The notes below the pieces were generated by a model. It saw only the letters and a list, made by a program, of their open reading frames with translations, was not told the DNA's origin and ran no database searches. Both the position numbers and the translations under genes were made by a program. Source: a virus. From it: a stretch of DNA of 64,000 nt. The first letter of the stretch is position 1; each line of letters begins with the position of its first letter. The DNA lies in the IMG/VR virus record IMGVR_UViG_3300030117_007745, positions 1 through 64,000 of that record. One strand, written 5' to 3'. Of the stretch, positions 8,903-16,222 are shown in pieces.

Positions 8903-9271
8903 TTAAAGATTGACGACGAAAGAGTAATTGGCCAAGGCCGGATGCTTAATCGCAACTGGCTGATCAAATAAGTCCTTTGGCACAAATACCTTATCACTAA
9001 AGCGAAGCATTTTCACCGGAGACTCTTCGGTCAAAGTCAAAGTAAGTGTTATGGGGACTGGGACTCCTGAAGACTTATCCACTCCAGATATCGTAGCTGG
9101 TTTTTTCTCTTCGTACCCGGATATCTTGAGTTCCGGTGGGTCTTGTATCAGATTAGCAAATTCATACAAATCTACAATCACCCCTTCTTCACCCTTTTTT
9201 TGAAAGCCCTCATATACTTTTTTGATCTCTTCTTTGATGATTTGTTTTAGTTTTGTTTTTGCAATTTTCAT
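8903..9271 (-). CDS. Leader-bearing (MKIAKTKLKQIIKEE) hypothetical protein
   Basis: 122-aa ORF, AAGGAG SD; LKQIIKEE leader. Confidence 0.7.
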   Translation of the reverse strand: MKIAKTKLKQIIKEEIKKVYEGFQKKGEEGVIVDLYEFANLIQDPPELKISGYEEKKPATISGVDKSSGVPVPITLTLTLTEESPVKMLRFSDKVFVPKDLFDQPVAIKHPALANYSFVVNL

Positions 9272-9345
9272 TTCTTTCTCCTTATTTTTTCCTTATCGCC
9301 CAAACAAGCTGCTATAGCCATTTGTTGTTTTTTGTTACGCCACAA
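9268..9345 (-). CDS. Possible 25-aa mini-ORF (M)WRNKKQQMAIAACLGDKEKIRRKK
   Basis: TTG 7 nt downstream of ACTATTTAT motif (internal ATG at 9321); stop overlaps the next start as ATGA. Confidence 0.3.
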   Translation of the reverse strand: MWRNKKQQMAIAACLGDKEKIRRKK

Positions 9346-9373
9346 TTATAATATAAATAGTTTTCAAAGTCAA
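9345..9373 (-). promoter_or_regulatory. Sigma70-type promoter TTGACT-17-TATAAT with nested ACTATTTAT putative late promoter (9353-9361)
   Basis: Minus strand reads TTGACT TTGAAAACTATTTATAT TATAAT; intergenic. Confidence 0.75.
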
Positions 9374-9395
9374 ACATATAAATACCCAAATTCTT

Positions 9396-9818
9396 TCATC
9401 CTTGTCCACTCTCAAAGTATGTAATGCCAAATCTCTCCGAGAGTAGTTTGGACAAGTTGCTTGGATCTTCGCTGTTTTCTGCTACAAGTTTTCTAACCTC
9501 TGTTCGCTTTTTGTCCGAGAGTTCTTCTTTTTTACTCTCGTATTCTTTTTCTATTTTAGCAATGATCTCGTGGTACTTAGCTAAAGCACCATCGCGCAAA
9601 GCAATCTCCTCTGCGTGACTACTATTCAAAGTATCTAGTTCTTTCTGGTGGGTTTCTTTCTCTACTTCTAAAACTTCTTTAATTTTATCTGCTTGGCCCT
9701 TAAAATATAGCCATACAGCTAAGGCATAAATTGCACCAGCAAATACTTGCCAATACTTCTTTATAAAGATCCAAAACTTTGCAAACCAAACTTTAGCAAC
9801 TAGCCAAAACTCCATCAT
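9396..9818 (-). CDS. N-terminally membrane-anchored coiled-coil protein (i-spanin-like topology)
   Basis: N-terminal aromatic/hydrophobic helix then long charged coiled coil; ATGA-coupled to the holin-like gene. Confidence 0.55.
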   Translation of the reverse strand: MMEFWLVAKVWFAKFWIFIKKYWQVFAGAIYALAVWLYFKGQADKIKEVLEVEKETHQKELDTLNSSHAEEIALRDGALAKYHEIIAKIEKEYESKKEELSDKKRTEVRKLVAENSEDPSNLSKLLSERFGITYFESGQG

Positions 9819-10021
9819 TTTCCATGCTTCCATTGTGCAGCGATATCAGCTAATCCCTGAATTCCTATATATGCCAAAGATATAGCGACCCAATCGCCTG
9901 ATTGCAAAGGTAATGCCTCAGTTAACATGAGCCCTGTAGCCGTTAGCCATACCATCAATTTTCTTGATACTAGCTTATTAAGTGTTTTATCTAGTGCATG
10001 TCTCAACATTTCATCCTCCAT
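9815..10021 (-). CDS. Holin-like small membrane protein
   Basis: 68 aa, SRKL followed by two hydrophobic segments. Confidence 0.55.
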   Translation of the reverse strand: MEDEMLRHALDKTLNKLVSRKLMVWLTATGLMLTEALPLQSGDWVAISLAYIGIQGLADIAAQWKHGK

Positions 10022-10208
10022 CAGGTTCTTTAAATTTTATTTTTTCGATAGGATAAACTTTTAATATTTCCCATTCTGGGTGCAATTCATTGAAAATATT
10101 TTTTATTTTCTCAACATCATACTGCTTATAATTTGCTCCAATATGCTGTAAGTGCTTTGTACCATTTGCTTTTTTATACTTAATGACCCAATAATCTTGG
10201 CACCACAT
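10011..10208 (-). CDS. Hypothetical protein
   Basis: 65-aa ORF with AGGAG SD. Confidence 0.6.
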   Translation of the reverse strand: MWCQDYWVIKYKKANGTKHLQHIGANYKQYDVEKIKNIFNELHPEWEILKVYPIEKIKFKEPDGG

Positions 10209-10216
10209 TCAATCTC

Positions 10217-10375
10217 CTAATCCAAAAAATCTGTTTTTTCAAAAAAAGCCAATGAAATAAAAACGCCAGAAAGAATCCAAAGCGCAGTATCCATTGGTTC
10301 TAACACTACGAAACCAAAGCAAAAGAATATTCCAGCTTTTGCTAAGTTAGATTGAAAAAATCTTTTTGGTTCCAT
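10217..10375 (-). CDS. Small two-TM membrane protein
   Basis: Start re-assigned to ATG 10375 (MEPKRFF...), 3 nt downstream of ACTATTTAT; avoids overlap with the upstream gene. Confidence 0.55.
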   Translation of the reverse strand: MEPKRFFQSNLAKAGIFFCFGFVVLEPMDTALWILSGVFISLAFFEKTDFLD

Positions 10376-10378
10376 GTA

Positions 10379-10387
10379 ATAAATAGT
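10379..10387 (-). promoter_or_regulatory. Putative late promoter ACTATTTAT
   Basis: Same motif recurs in intergenic gaps ahead of late/structural genes. Confidence 0.55.
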
Positions 10388-10392
10388 ATGCT

Positions 10393-13300
10393 CTATTGAT
10401 TTACACAAGCAAATCCATTTGCTTTGTCAATCTCAATTGTCATATCAGCGATATCCTTCAAGTGATCTACATGAGAAATCAATAATACAGTTTGATAATA
10501 GGACTTCACCATATCTAAAATACGTATGAATCCCTCCATATTTTCCGCGTCCAAAGCAGTTGCTGGCTCATCAAGAATAAATATAGACCCCTTTGGAAGA
10601 GAAGAGACTGAAAGGAGTGATAACCTTATGGCCATGGCCGCAATCGTTTTTTCTGCGCCGGAGCCCATCTCAATTGGTCTAGCTTCATATTTCGGATGTT
10701 TAATAAAAATATCTAATTTATTTCCTTCCGATTCAAAAAAGACCTCAAAGTCTACAACATTCGCCAAAACTTTACTTATTTCATCATTGATCACTGGTAG
10801 TTTCTTCTTGATGACATCCAGAGATATGCCATTGGTGTGCATGCAACGCATAAAAAGATCGTATGCTGCAAAGCTGTCGCGGAGGTTTTCCATCTCTTCT
10901 TTTTGATTCTTTAGATTTTCTAATCTCTGCTCAAGAGAGCCTCGCTCCTTGATGAGAGAAACTATTTCTTCATTACAATCACTAAGAACGCTTTTTTGGC
11001 CTCCTAGTATATTTTGCTGTTTTACTTTCTCTCCGATAAGTTGCTCTAAATTTTCAATAGCTTCACGATTTTCTTCGTATTCATCTATTTTTCTATCTAA
11101 ATTTTCTATTTCAAGATTTAAAGTCTTTATTTTGCTCTTGTTCTTGTCTATCACTAATTCATTCTGATTGATGGAATTGTAAATATCATCCCTCATTTCC
11201 AATACTTCTTCGTATTTTTCTATCTTTCTCTCTAATGATTTAGGATCTAAAGTCTGAATATCCTCGAATAGGCCCTCGGTCTCCTCCCTAAGCTCTTGAA
11301 GGTTTTTCTCAATAACAGTTATATTTCCTTGAGCACTGTAGGCATCTCTAATGAATTTACAGGAAGAATATTCGTTTCCACAGGGCACCTCTAGTAATAG
11401 CTTGACCTTGTTTTTGTTTTGATGCAAACGGTATTCCTGTTGTTCTATTGTTTGATTAGTCCCTTCAAGCAATACTCTTTTGCGATTGATTTCCTCTTGG
11501 TGTGTCTTGAGGGCCTCAATATCAAAGTTACTTAATACTTCACTAATCCTCTGATGGTCGATTCTTTTTGTTTTGCATTCTTGTGTGAGAGTTTCTATTT
11601 GGCCTTGTAAGACATCCATCTCTTTTTGTTTAGAGATTTGTTCTTCTTTAACCTCTACAATATTAATTATGTCTGCTGGTATTGAATCAATTTTTCGTTC
11701 AATCTCTTTGATAGAGTCTTCAGTGTTCTCAATTGATTTTGAGTATTTACGACATTTTCGTTGTTGTTTCTTTTCTGCGGCAAAGTTTTGTTCAAGTTCT
11801 GCTGTTGTTGCTGAAATGTCAGCGTCATATTCTTTTCCCTCCAATAGTTTCAAAGCACCCTTCATGTCAGATGCATCTTCTTTAGCCTTTTTAAATTTTT
11901 TGTCAAAAATTTCTAGATCAAGGAATTTTCCTAAAATTTCTTTTCTTTTTGTAGACCCTTCATTAATAAATGATAGGCTATCGACCTGTGAGGCCATAGA
12001 GGTAAGTAGAAAGTCATCAACAGTTCCGAACAATTTTCTTATGTTTTTATCTGTCCCATTGCGACTATCGCCATTTAGCTCGTTTTCTTCTTGCATTACT
12101 TTATCATAATAGGAGAATTCAATATCAGTTTTAGCCTCCATAGTCTCATTGCCCTTAAGCTTTTTTAAATACTTGACTGAACTTCTTTCAATAAGATAGT
12201 CTCTTTCGCCTATTGATATCTCAAGCCTCCCTCGACCTTCATCCTTGTTTTGGTTGATGACATTTAAATTTTTTCTCTCATTTTTACTAGTAGAATTAAA
12301 AAGAGTGTATAAAAAAGCATCAATAATAGATGATTTTCCTGAGTAGTTTTTTCCAAAGATTCCCACAATTCCATGAAGCTTTTCAAAATCAACCCTATTT
12401 CCTTCCCCATAATTAAAAAGATTGTCCCACTCAAATGATTTCAGAGACCAGTTAATGTTTCTTGAAACCTCCTCTTCCTCTTCGGCCATGGTATTGTATT
12501 TTCTATTGAGCGCAAAAACTTTTTCTAACGTCTCTGATTTTGCCTCATAATCTTTAAGGTATTCATCTATTAGTTCCTCTTGAACCATTGGATCTCTAAG
12601 ATCCTCTATGTTAATGCCGTCAGTTATATCCTGAACAGATCCCCTTTCTCCGCTCGAACGATTGAGAAAAGTAACACTTTCTGGACTAAATCTACCCTTT
12701 GCAATGTCTAGTGCCCGTCGCATAACATCTAGAGGTAAATTATTCTGAGATACCAAGCGAAGACGTGCGCCTTTGGGTACATCCATGTTCTTCGGCATCT
12801 TTCCCTTCGGAGTAAGCTCAATTGTTATAAACGGCTTTGGATTTGTAAGAGGAAAGTGTTCGCAAGTAAAACTTTCTTTGTCTTCAATGTCCCAAAGCAA
12901 AAATCCCTTGTCTTGGCTCTCACCAAAGTTCTGCTGAACTAGGGATCCGGGGTAGGCCACTTTCCCCATATCGTCAAGTTTCTGATATGTCTTGTGAATG
13001 TCACCGAGTAATACATAATCAAAAGGCTCAAATGATTTGATATCAACATCGCCATGATCCATGACCCAGCCAGTATCCGTAGTCACTCCAGCAACAGAGC
13101 CGTGAAAAAGTGCGATATTAATCTTACTCTTATCAGTTGGATCAATCCACTGATCTTCATCAACAATCGACAGAACATTAAGAACAAACCCATTTCCAAG
13201 ATCAACTTCTTGAGAAAACTTGTGAAAATGAATATCCTTGTGGTCTAGAGCCTCAACAATTGGAGTTACGGCATCAATTTTGCCCGGGTTGCGAAGATTG

Positions 13301-13545
13301 AGGTCATGGTTCCCAAGTATAACATGGAGGGGCGCTATGTCTGCTAAGTTCTCAAAAAGCTTGGCAGTCATATGAAAATAAGCAGGGCTTAATTGCAATT
13401 TGGTGTGTGCAGTATCACCAGTATTGACGATGATGTCTGGTTTTAATTCTCTCAGTTTTGCATAGAGTTCTTCAAACACAGCACTATATTCTTCATGATA
13501 CCTATGATTCCGGATGTGGATGTCTGATATATGAGCGATTTTCAT
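10393..13545 (-). CDS. Fused Mre11/SbcD nuclease + Rad50/SbcC ATPase (T4 gp47-gp46-like)
   Basis: N-terminal phosphoesterase motifs SDIH, TGD, GNHD, FHG, GDIH, YPGS; Walker A GKNYSGKSS; coiled coil with CxxxxxxC hook (PCGNEYSSC); signature GSGAE; Walker B ILDEP; H-loop ISH; start placed at ATG 13545. Confidence 0.92.
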   Translation of the reverse strand: MKIAHISDIHIRNHRYHEEYSAVFEELYAKLRELKPDIIVNTGDTAHTKLQLSPAYFHMTAKLFENLADIAPLHVILGNHDLNLRNPGKIDAVTPIVEALDHKDIHFHKFSQEVDLGNGFVLNVLSIVDEDQWIDPTDKSKINIALFHGSVAGVTTDTGWVMDHGDVDIKSFEPFDYVLLGDIHKTYQKLDDMGKVAYPGSLVQQNFGESQDKGFLLWDIEDKESFTCEHFPLTNPKPFITIELTPKGKMPKNMDVPKGARLRLVSQNNLPLDVMRRALDIAKGRFSPESVTFLNRSSGERGSVQDITDGINIEDLRDPMVQEELIDEYLKDYEAKSETLEKVFALNRKYNTMAEEEEEVSRNINWSLKSFEWDNLFNYGEGNRVDFEKLHGIVGIFGKNYSGKSSIIDAFLYTLFNSTSKNERKNLNVINQNKDEGRGRLEISIGERDYLIERSSVKYLKKLKGNETMEAKTDIEFSYYDKVMQEENELNGDSRNGTDKNIRKLFGTVDDFLLTSMASQVDSLSFINEGSTKRKEILGKFLDLEIFDKKFKKAKEDASDMKGALKLLEGKEYDADISATTAELEQNFAAEKKQQRKCRKYSKSIENTEDSIKEIERKIDSIPADIINIVEVKEEQISKQKEMDVLQGQIETLTQECKTKRIDHQRISEVLSNFDIEALKTHQEEINRKRVLLEGTNQTIEQQEYRLHQNKNKVKLLLEVPCGNEYSSCKFIRDAYSAQGNITVIEKNLQELREETEGLFEDIQTLDPKSLERKIEKYEEVLEMRDDIYNSINQNELVIDKNKSKIKTLNLEIENLDRKIDEYEENREAIENLEQLIGEKVKQQNILGGQKSVLSDCNEEIVSLIKERGSLEQRLENLKNQKEEMENLRDSFAAYDLFMRCMHTNGISLDVIKKKLPVINDEISKVLANVVDFEVFFESEGNKLDIFIKHPKYEARPIEMGSGAEKTIAAMAIRLSLLSVSSLPKGSIFILDEPATALDAENMEGFIRILDMVKSYYQTVLLISHVDHLKDIADMTIEIDKANGFACVNQ

Positions 13546-13793
13546 TTTGCCTTCCTTACTAATTCTAATTCTTTGTTCCAAACTGGAATTGGGTATTTTG
13601 ATCCCATGGGCACAATCATGTAATAATACTTATTCCAATCATGATTTGCACCTTTCATTTTTCCCTTCACTTCCGAGATTATTCCTAGAGTATTAAGACT
13701 GTCTTTTATCAATACTAGGTCTCCGACCTCAAAGTTTGGATGACTCCCAAGAACTTTGTGGGCATCGGATCTATTTGATTGTTTTTTACCCAT
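13542..13793 (-). CDS. Small SH3/KOW-like hypothetical protein
   Basis: FEVGDLV...GII...EL pattern; start uncertain (overlaps upstream ORF). Confidence 0.5.
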   Translation of the reverse strand: MGKKQSNRSDAHKVLGSHPNFEVGDLVLIKDSLNTLGIISEVKGKMKGANHDWNKYYYMIVPMGSKYPIPVWNKELELVRKAK

Positions 13794-13903
13794 CTTATGT
13801 AAGCTACTCCCTTCTCTTCATCCAATCTGATAATTATTGCCATAGGAGAACCCTCCGGCATTTCAATTGGACTCTTATAATAAACTAGATCACCGGGTTT
13901 CAT
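13715..13903 (-). CDS. Small SH3/KOW-like hypothetical protein
   Basis: MKPGDLVYY...AIII...IRW pattern. Confidence 0.55.
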   Translation of the reverse strand: MKPGDLVYYKSPIEMPEGSPMAIIIRLDEEKGVAYIRWVKNNQIDPMPTKFLGVIQTLRSET

Positions 13904-14342
13904 TTGAATTGTTTTCTATGCTATCAGCAACGAGTTCGCTGGAGCTTTGTACCTTGCCTCCGCCAATGCCCCAGATTAAATCGATATCTAACTCTTCAGC
14001 AACAGATATCTCCGGTATATTTTCAGATGTTCTGTCACCGCCATTAGCAAAGGCAATTTTGAAAGTTGTCCAAAGGGCCCTGACTTTCTTGAGCAAATCA
14101 CAAGCAGAATTATCAGAATCATCAAAAGACATTGCTTTGGAAACTCCTCTAACTCCTTGCACCATCTCTCTCCTTTCGTCGTGAGACATAAATACATAAC
14201 CCTTTTTTCTCATTAGCCAATCGTCAGAATTGACACCGACAATAACAATTTCAGCCATTTTTGCAGCCTCCTGCATCATGCGAAGATGACCAACATGCAT
14301 TGGGTCAAACCCTCCGCTCAAAACAATAACATCATATTTCAT
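13890..14342 (-). CDS. Cytidylyltransferase-family nucleotidyltransferase (TagD/RfaE-C-like)
   Basis: SGGFDPMHVGH (HxGH), GVNSD, ER, NGGDR, SSS motifs. Confidence 0.9.
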   Translation of the reverse strand: MKYDVIVLSGGFDPMHVGHLRMMQEAAKMAEIVIVGVNSDDWLMRKKGYVFMSHDERREMVQGVRGVSKAMSFDDSDNSACDLLKKVRALWTTFKIAFANGGDRTSENIPEISVAEELDIDLIWGIGGGKVQSSSELVADSIENNSNETR

Positions 14343-14354
14343 AATATCTCCTAT

Positions 14355-14390
14355 AAAAAAAGCACCCCTACAATATAGCAGAGGTGCTTT
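14355..14390 (-). terminator. Intrinsic terminator downstream of the lipoprotein gene
   Basis: Minus strand AAAGCACCTCT-(10-nt loop)-AGGGGTGCTTT followed by a U-tract. Confidence 0.75.
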
Positions 14391-14400
14391 GTAAAGTCAA
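14372..14400 (-). promoter_or_regulatory. Sigma70-type promoter TTGACT-17-(TGc)TATATT overlapping the terminator
   Basis: -35 at 14395-14400, -10 at 14372-14377 inside the hairpin loop; AGGAG SD and ATG (14342) downstream. Confidence 0.65.
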
Positions 14401-14409
14401 GAACTATTT

Positions 14410-16209
14410 TTATTTTTGAAGCCTAGGATAGATGCCTGACCTTAAATCCACGTCTCCAAACAAAATAACTCGGTTGTCCCCAGTTGGAACTCTAACTGAG
14501 CTTTTTACTCGATTCCCGTTTACTCTGGTTGAAGTTTTTTGATATTGACTTGCGTCTAGAGGGATATGAGTAATTTTAGTTTCCACAAGCGGTACAACCT
14601 CCTCCGTTGTGCAAATGCCATCATAATTTGTGTCTGCCCAAACATACAGTTTCCCAAATTCCTTGTCTTTAACGCTAACAGTTCCATCTTGGTTGGAGTC
14701 CATAGAGGCTAGGTGAGTAAACCCGCCTGAGTAGTTTGGCGATGTTCCGAAAAACTCTGTCCCATTGTCTGCAATTCCATTAGAGTTTTTGTCAACGAAA
14801 AGAAAACCATCACCACTAAGCCAGCTAACTGCTGTTTTTCTTTTGCCAAACATTGAAAAATTAACTCCATTTTCAACTGATGTGACATCAAAGCGGCCGT
14901 TATTATTCAAATCAATAACAATAGGGTCTGAAACATTGCATGGCACGACTTTAAAAATCTTTACAGCCGCCAAAGCAAACTCATCTTGTATACCCTCTTG
15001 TAAGGCGTTACTATAGTCCGTTTGAGCTTGAGCATACATAATTTCATCATCACTATTGACTGGCACGTAATCATCACACAGGGGGTTTTGCTCCATAGCC
15101 TGACTAATAGTATTCATGGAGTCGTTAAATACTGGATCTAAGATTGACTGGTCTGCTTGACAGACTTCAATTGGGTCTGACATTAGGGGGTAATCTCCTG
15201 TATATCCGTTAGTTGTCAGCCAATTATTCATACTATTAATAAAATGTTGCCTGCCGACAATAAGGCCTTTTTCTGCCGAGCTTTTTACAGGCGATGGATT
15301 GTTGTTGCATAGCTGCTTTGACTTAAGATCAACCCTAACCATCACGCGAGCTTGCTCTAAGCCACTAACCGCGCCCTGCTCAAACCAAAAATCTTGCTCA
15401 CTAAGGTCGGGGTTGTAGCTATCCCTACTAGCACTCAAGGTACTGTAAAGTTTAGAATAAGACTCTGATCGCGCTTGATCTACCAAATACTCACATGCAT
15501 AACCATTCATAACCCCTTGGTTGTTATAAAATTCAACATAAGGGCACGGAGAGGTTTCCGGAAGGGTCTCATCCTCATTTGTAATTTCGTAATTAGGATC
15601 AAGCCCCAAGTCTTCTAATGCCAAAGAGACTTGAGATAAATAAAGATCTTTTCCTATACCTAGGCCTCCAAAGATATTGTCTCTCAAAATTTCAATATCT
15701 GCGAACTCGTCCACTGTGAGATCTTCTAAGGTCACTTCGTCGTCAGTAGTTTCAACCTCAACTTGCTCCTGCTCATCGGTGGAATCGACCTCTGTTTCAG
15801 GGGTTGTTTCCTCTGTTTCAGAGGTTGTTTCCTCTGTTTCAGGGGTTGTTTCCTCTGTTTCGGGGGTTGTTTCCTCTGTTTCAGGGGTTGTTTCCTCTGT
15901 TTCAGGGGTTGTTTCCTCTGTTTCAGGGGTTGTTTCCTCTGTTTCAGACGGAACTGTGTTAGTTTCATTGTTTTCGCTATTGTTTTCCACTTCAGAGGCT
16001 TGGTCTGTCTCGGTACCGGCTTCTTGCGGAGTTAAGGTAGTTTCTCCTACCTCATTAGTTGTAGTTGTAGTTGTGGTTGTTGCGGTGTTATCTGTTGCTC
16101 CCGTGAATTGGATTGTTTTTTGCTCTCCAGTTTCTCCAGTTGTTGTTTCCGTATCCTCACAAGCAACCATGCAAAATACAGCCATAGCTGCGACAATATA
16201 GTTTCTCAT
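14410..16209 (-). CDS. Lipoprotein with Thr/Glu-rich stalk and C-terminal FrpC-like self-processing module (Asp428-Pro429)
   Basis: Lipobox MVA|C17; ETEETTP repeats; C-terminal SDPIVIDLNNNG...DGFLFVDKNSNGIADNGTEFFG...GFTHLASMDSNQDG...LYVWADTNYDGI matches the motif order of the FrpC SPM as recalled. Confidence 0.8.
   Translation of the reverse strand: MRNYIVAAMAVFCMVACEDTETTTGETGEQKTIQFTGATDNTATTTTTTTTNEVGETTLTPQEAGTETDQASEVENNSENNETNTVPSETEETTPETEETTPETEETTPETEETTPETEETTPETEETTSETEETTPETEVDSTDEQEQVEVETTDDEVTLEDLTVDEFADIEILRDNIFGGLGIGKDLYLSQVSLALEDLGLDPNYEITNEDETLPETSPCPYVEFYNNQGVMNGYACEYLVDQARSESYSKLYSTLSASRDSYNPDLSEQDFWFEQGAVSGLEQARVMVRVDLKSKQLCNNNPSPVKSSAEKGLIVGRQHFINSMNNWLTTNGYTGDYPLMSDPIEVCQADQSILDPVFNDSMNTISQAMEQNPLCDDYVPVNSDDEIMYAQAQTDYSNALQEGIQDEFALAAVKIFKVVPCNVSDPIVIDLNNNGRFDVTSVENGVNFSMFGKRKTAVSWLSGDGFLFVDKNSNGIADNGTEFFGTSPNYSGGFTHLASMDSNQDGTVSVKDKEFGKLYVWADTNYDGICTTEEVVPLVETKITHIPLDASQYQKTSTRVNGNRVKSSVRVPTGDNRVILFGDVDLRSGIYPRLQK
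15789..15946. repeat. 21-bp tandem repeat x~7.5 encoding ETEETTP
   Basis: Unit cctctgtttcaggggttgttt, near-perfect (two single-base variants). Confidence 0.95.
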
Positions 16210-16222
16210 TTATTCTCCTTTT

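Noticed and set aside
13542-13903. Programmed frameshift joining the two overlapping SH3-like ORFs
   Set aside because: The 79-nt overlap could simply reflect an uncertain start codon; no convincing slippery site plus stimulatory structure was identified
15789-15946. Possible CRISPR array
   Set aside because: Head-to-tail repeats with no unique spacers, in frame within a CDS; no cas genes in the window
15732-16035. Repetitive ORFs (KQRKQPL)n and (CFRGCFL)n
   Set aside because: Alternative frames of the 21-bp tandem repeat inside the lipoprotein gene
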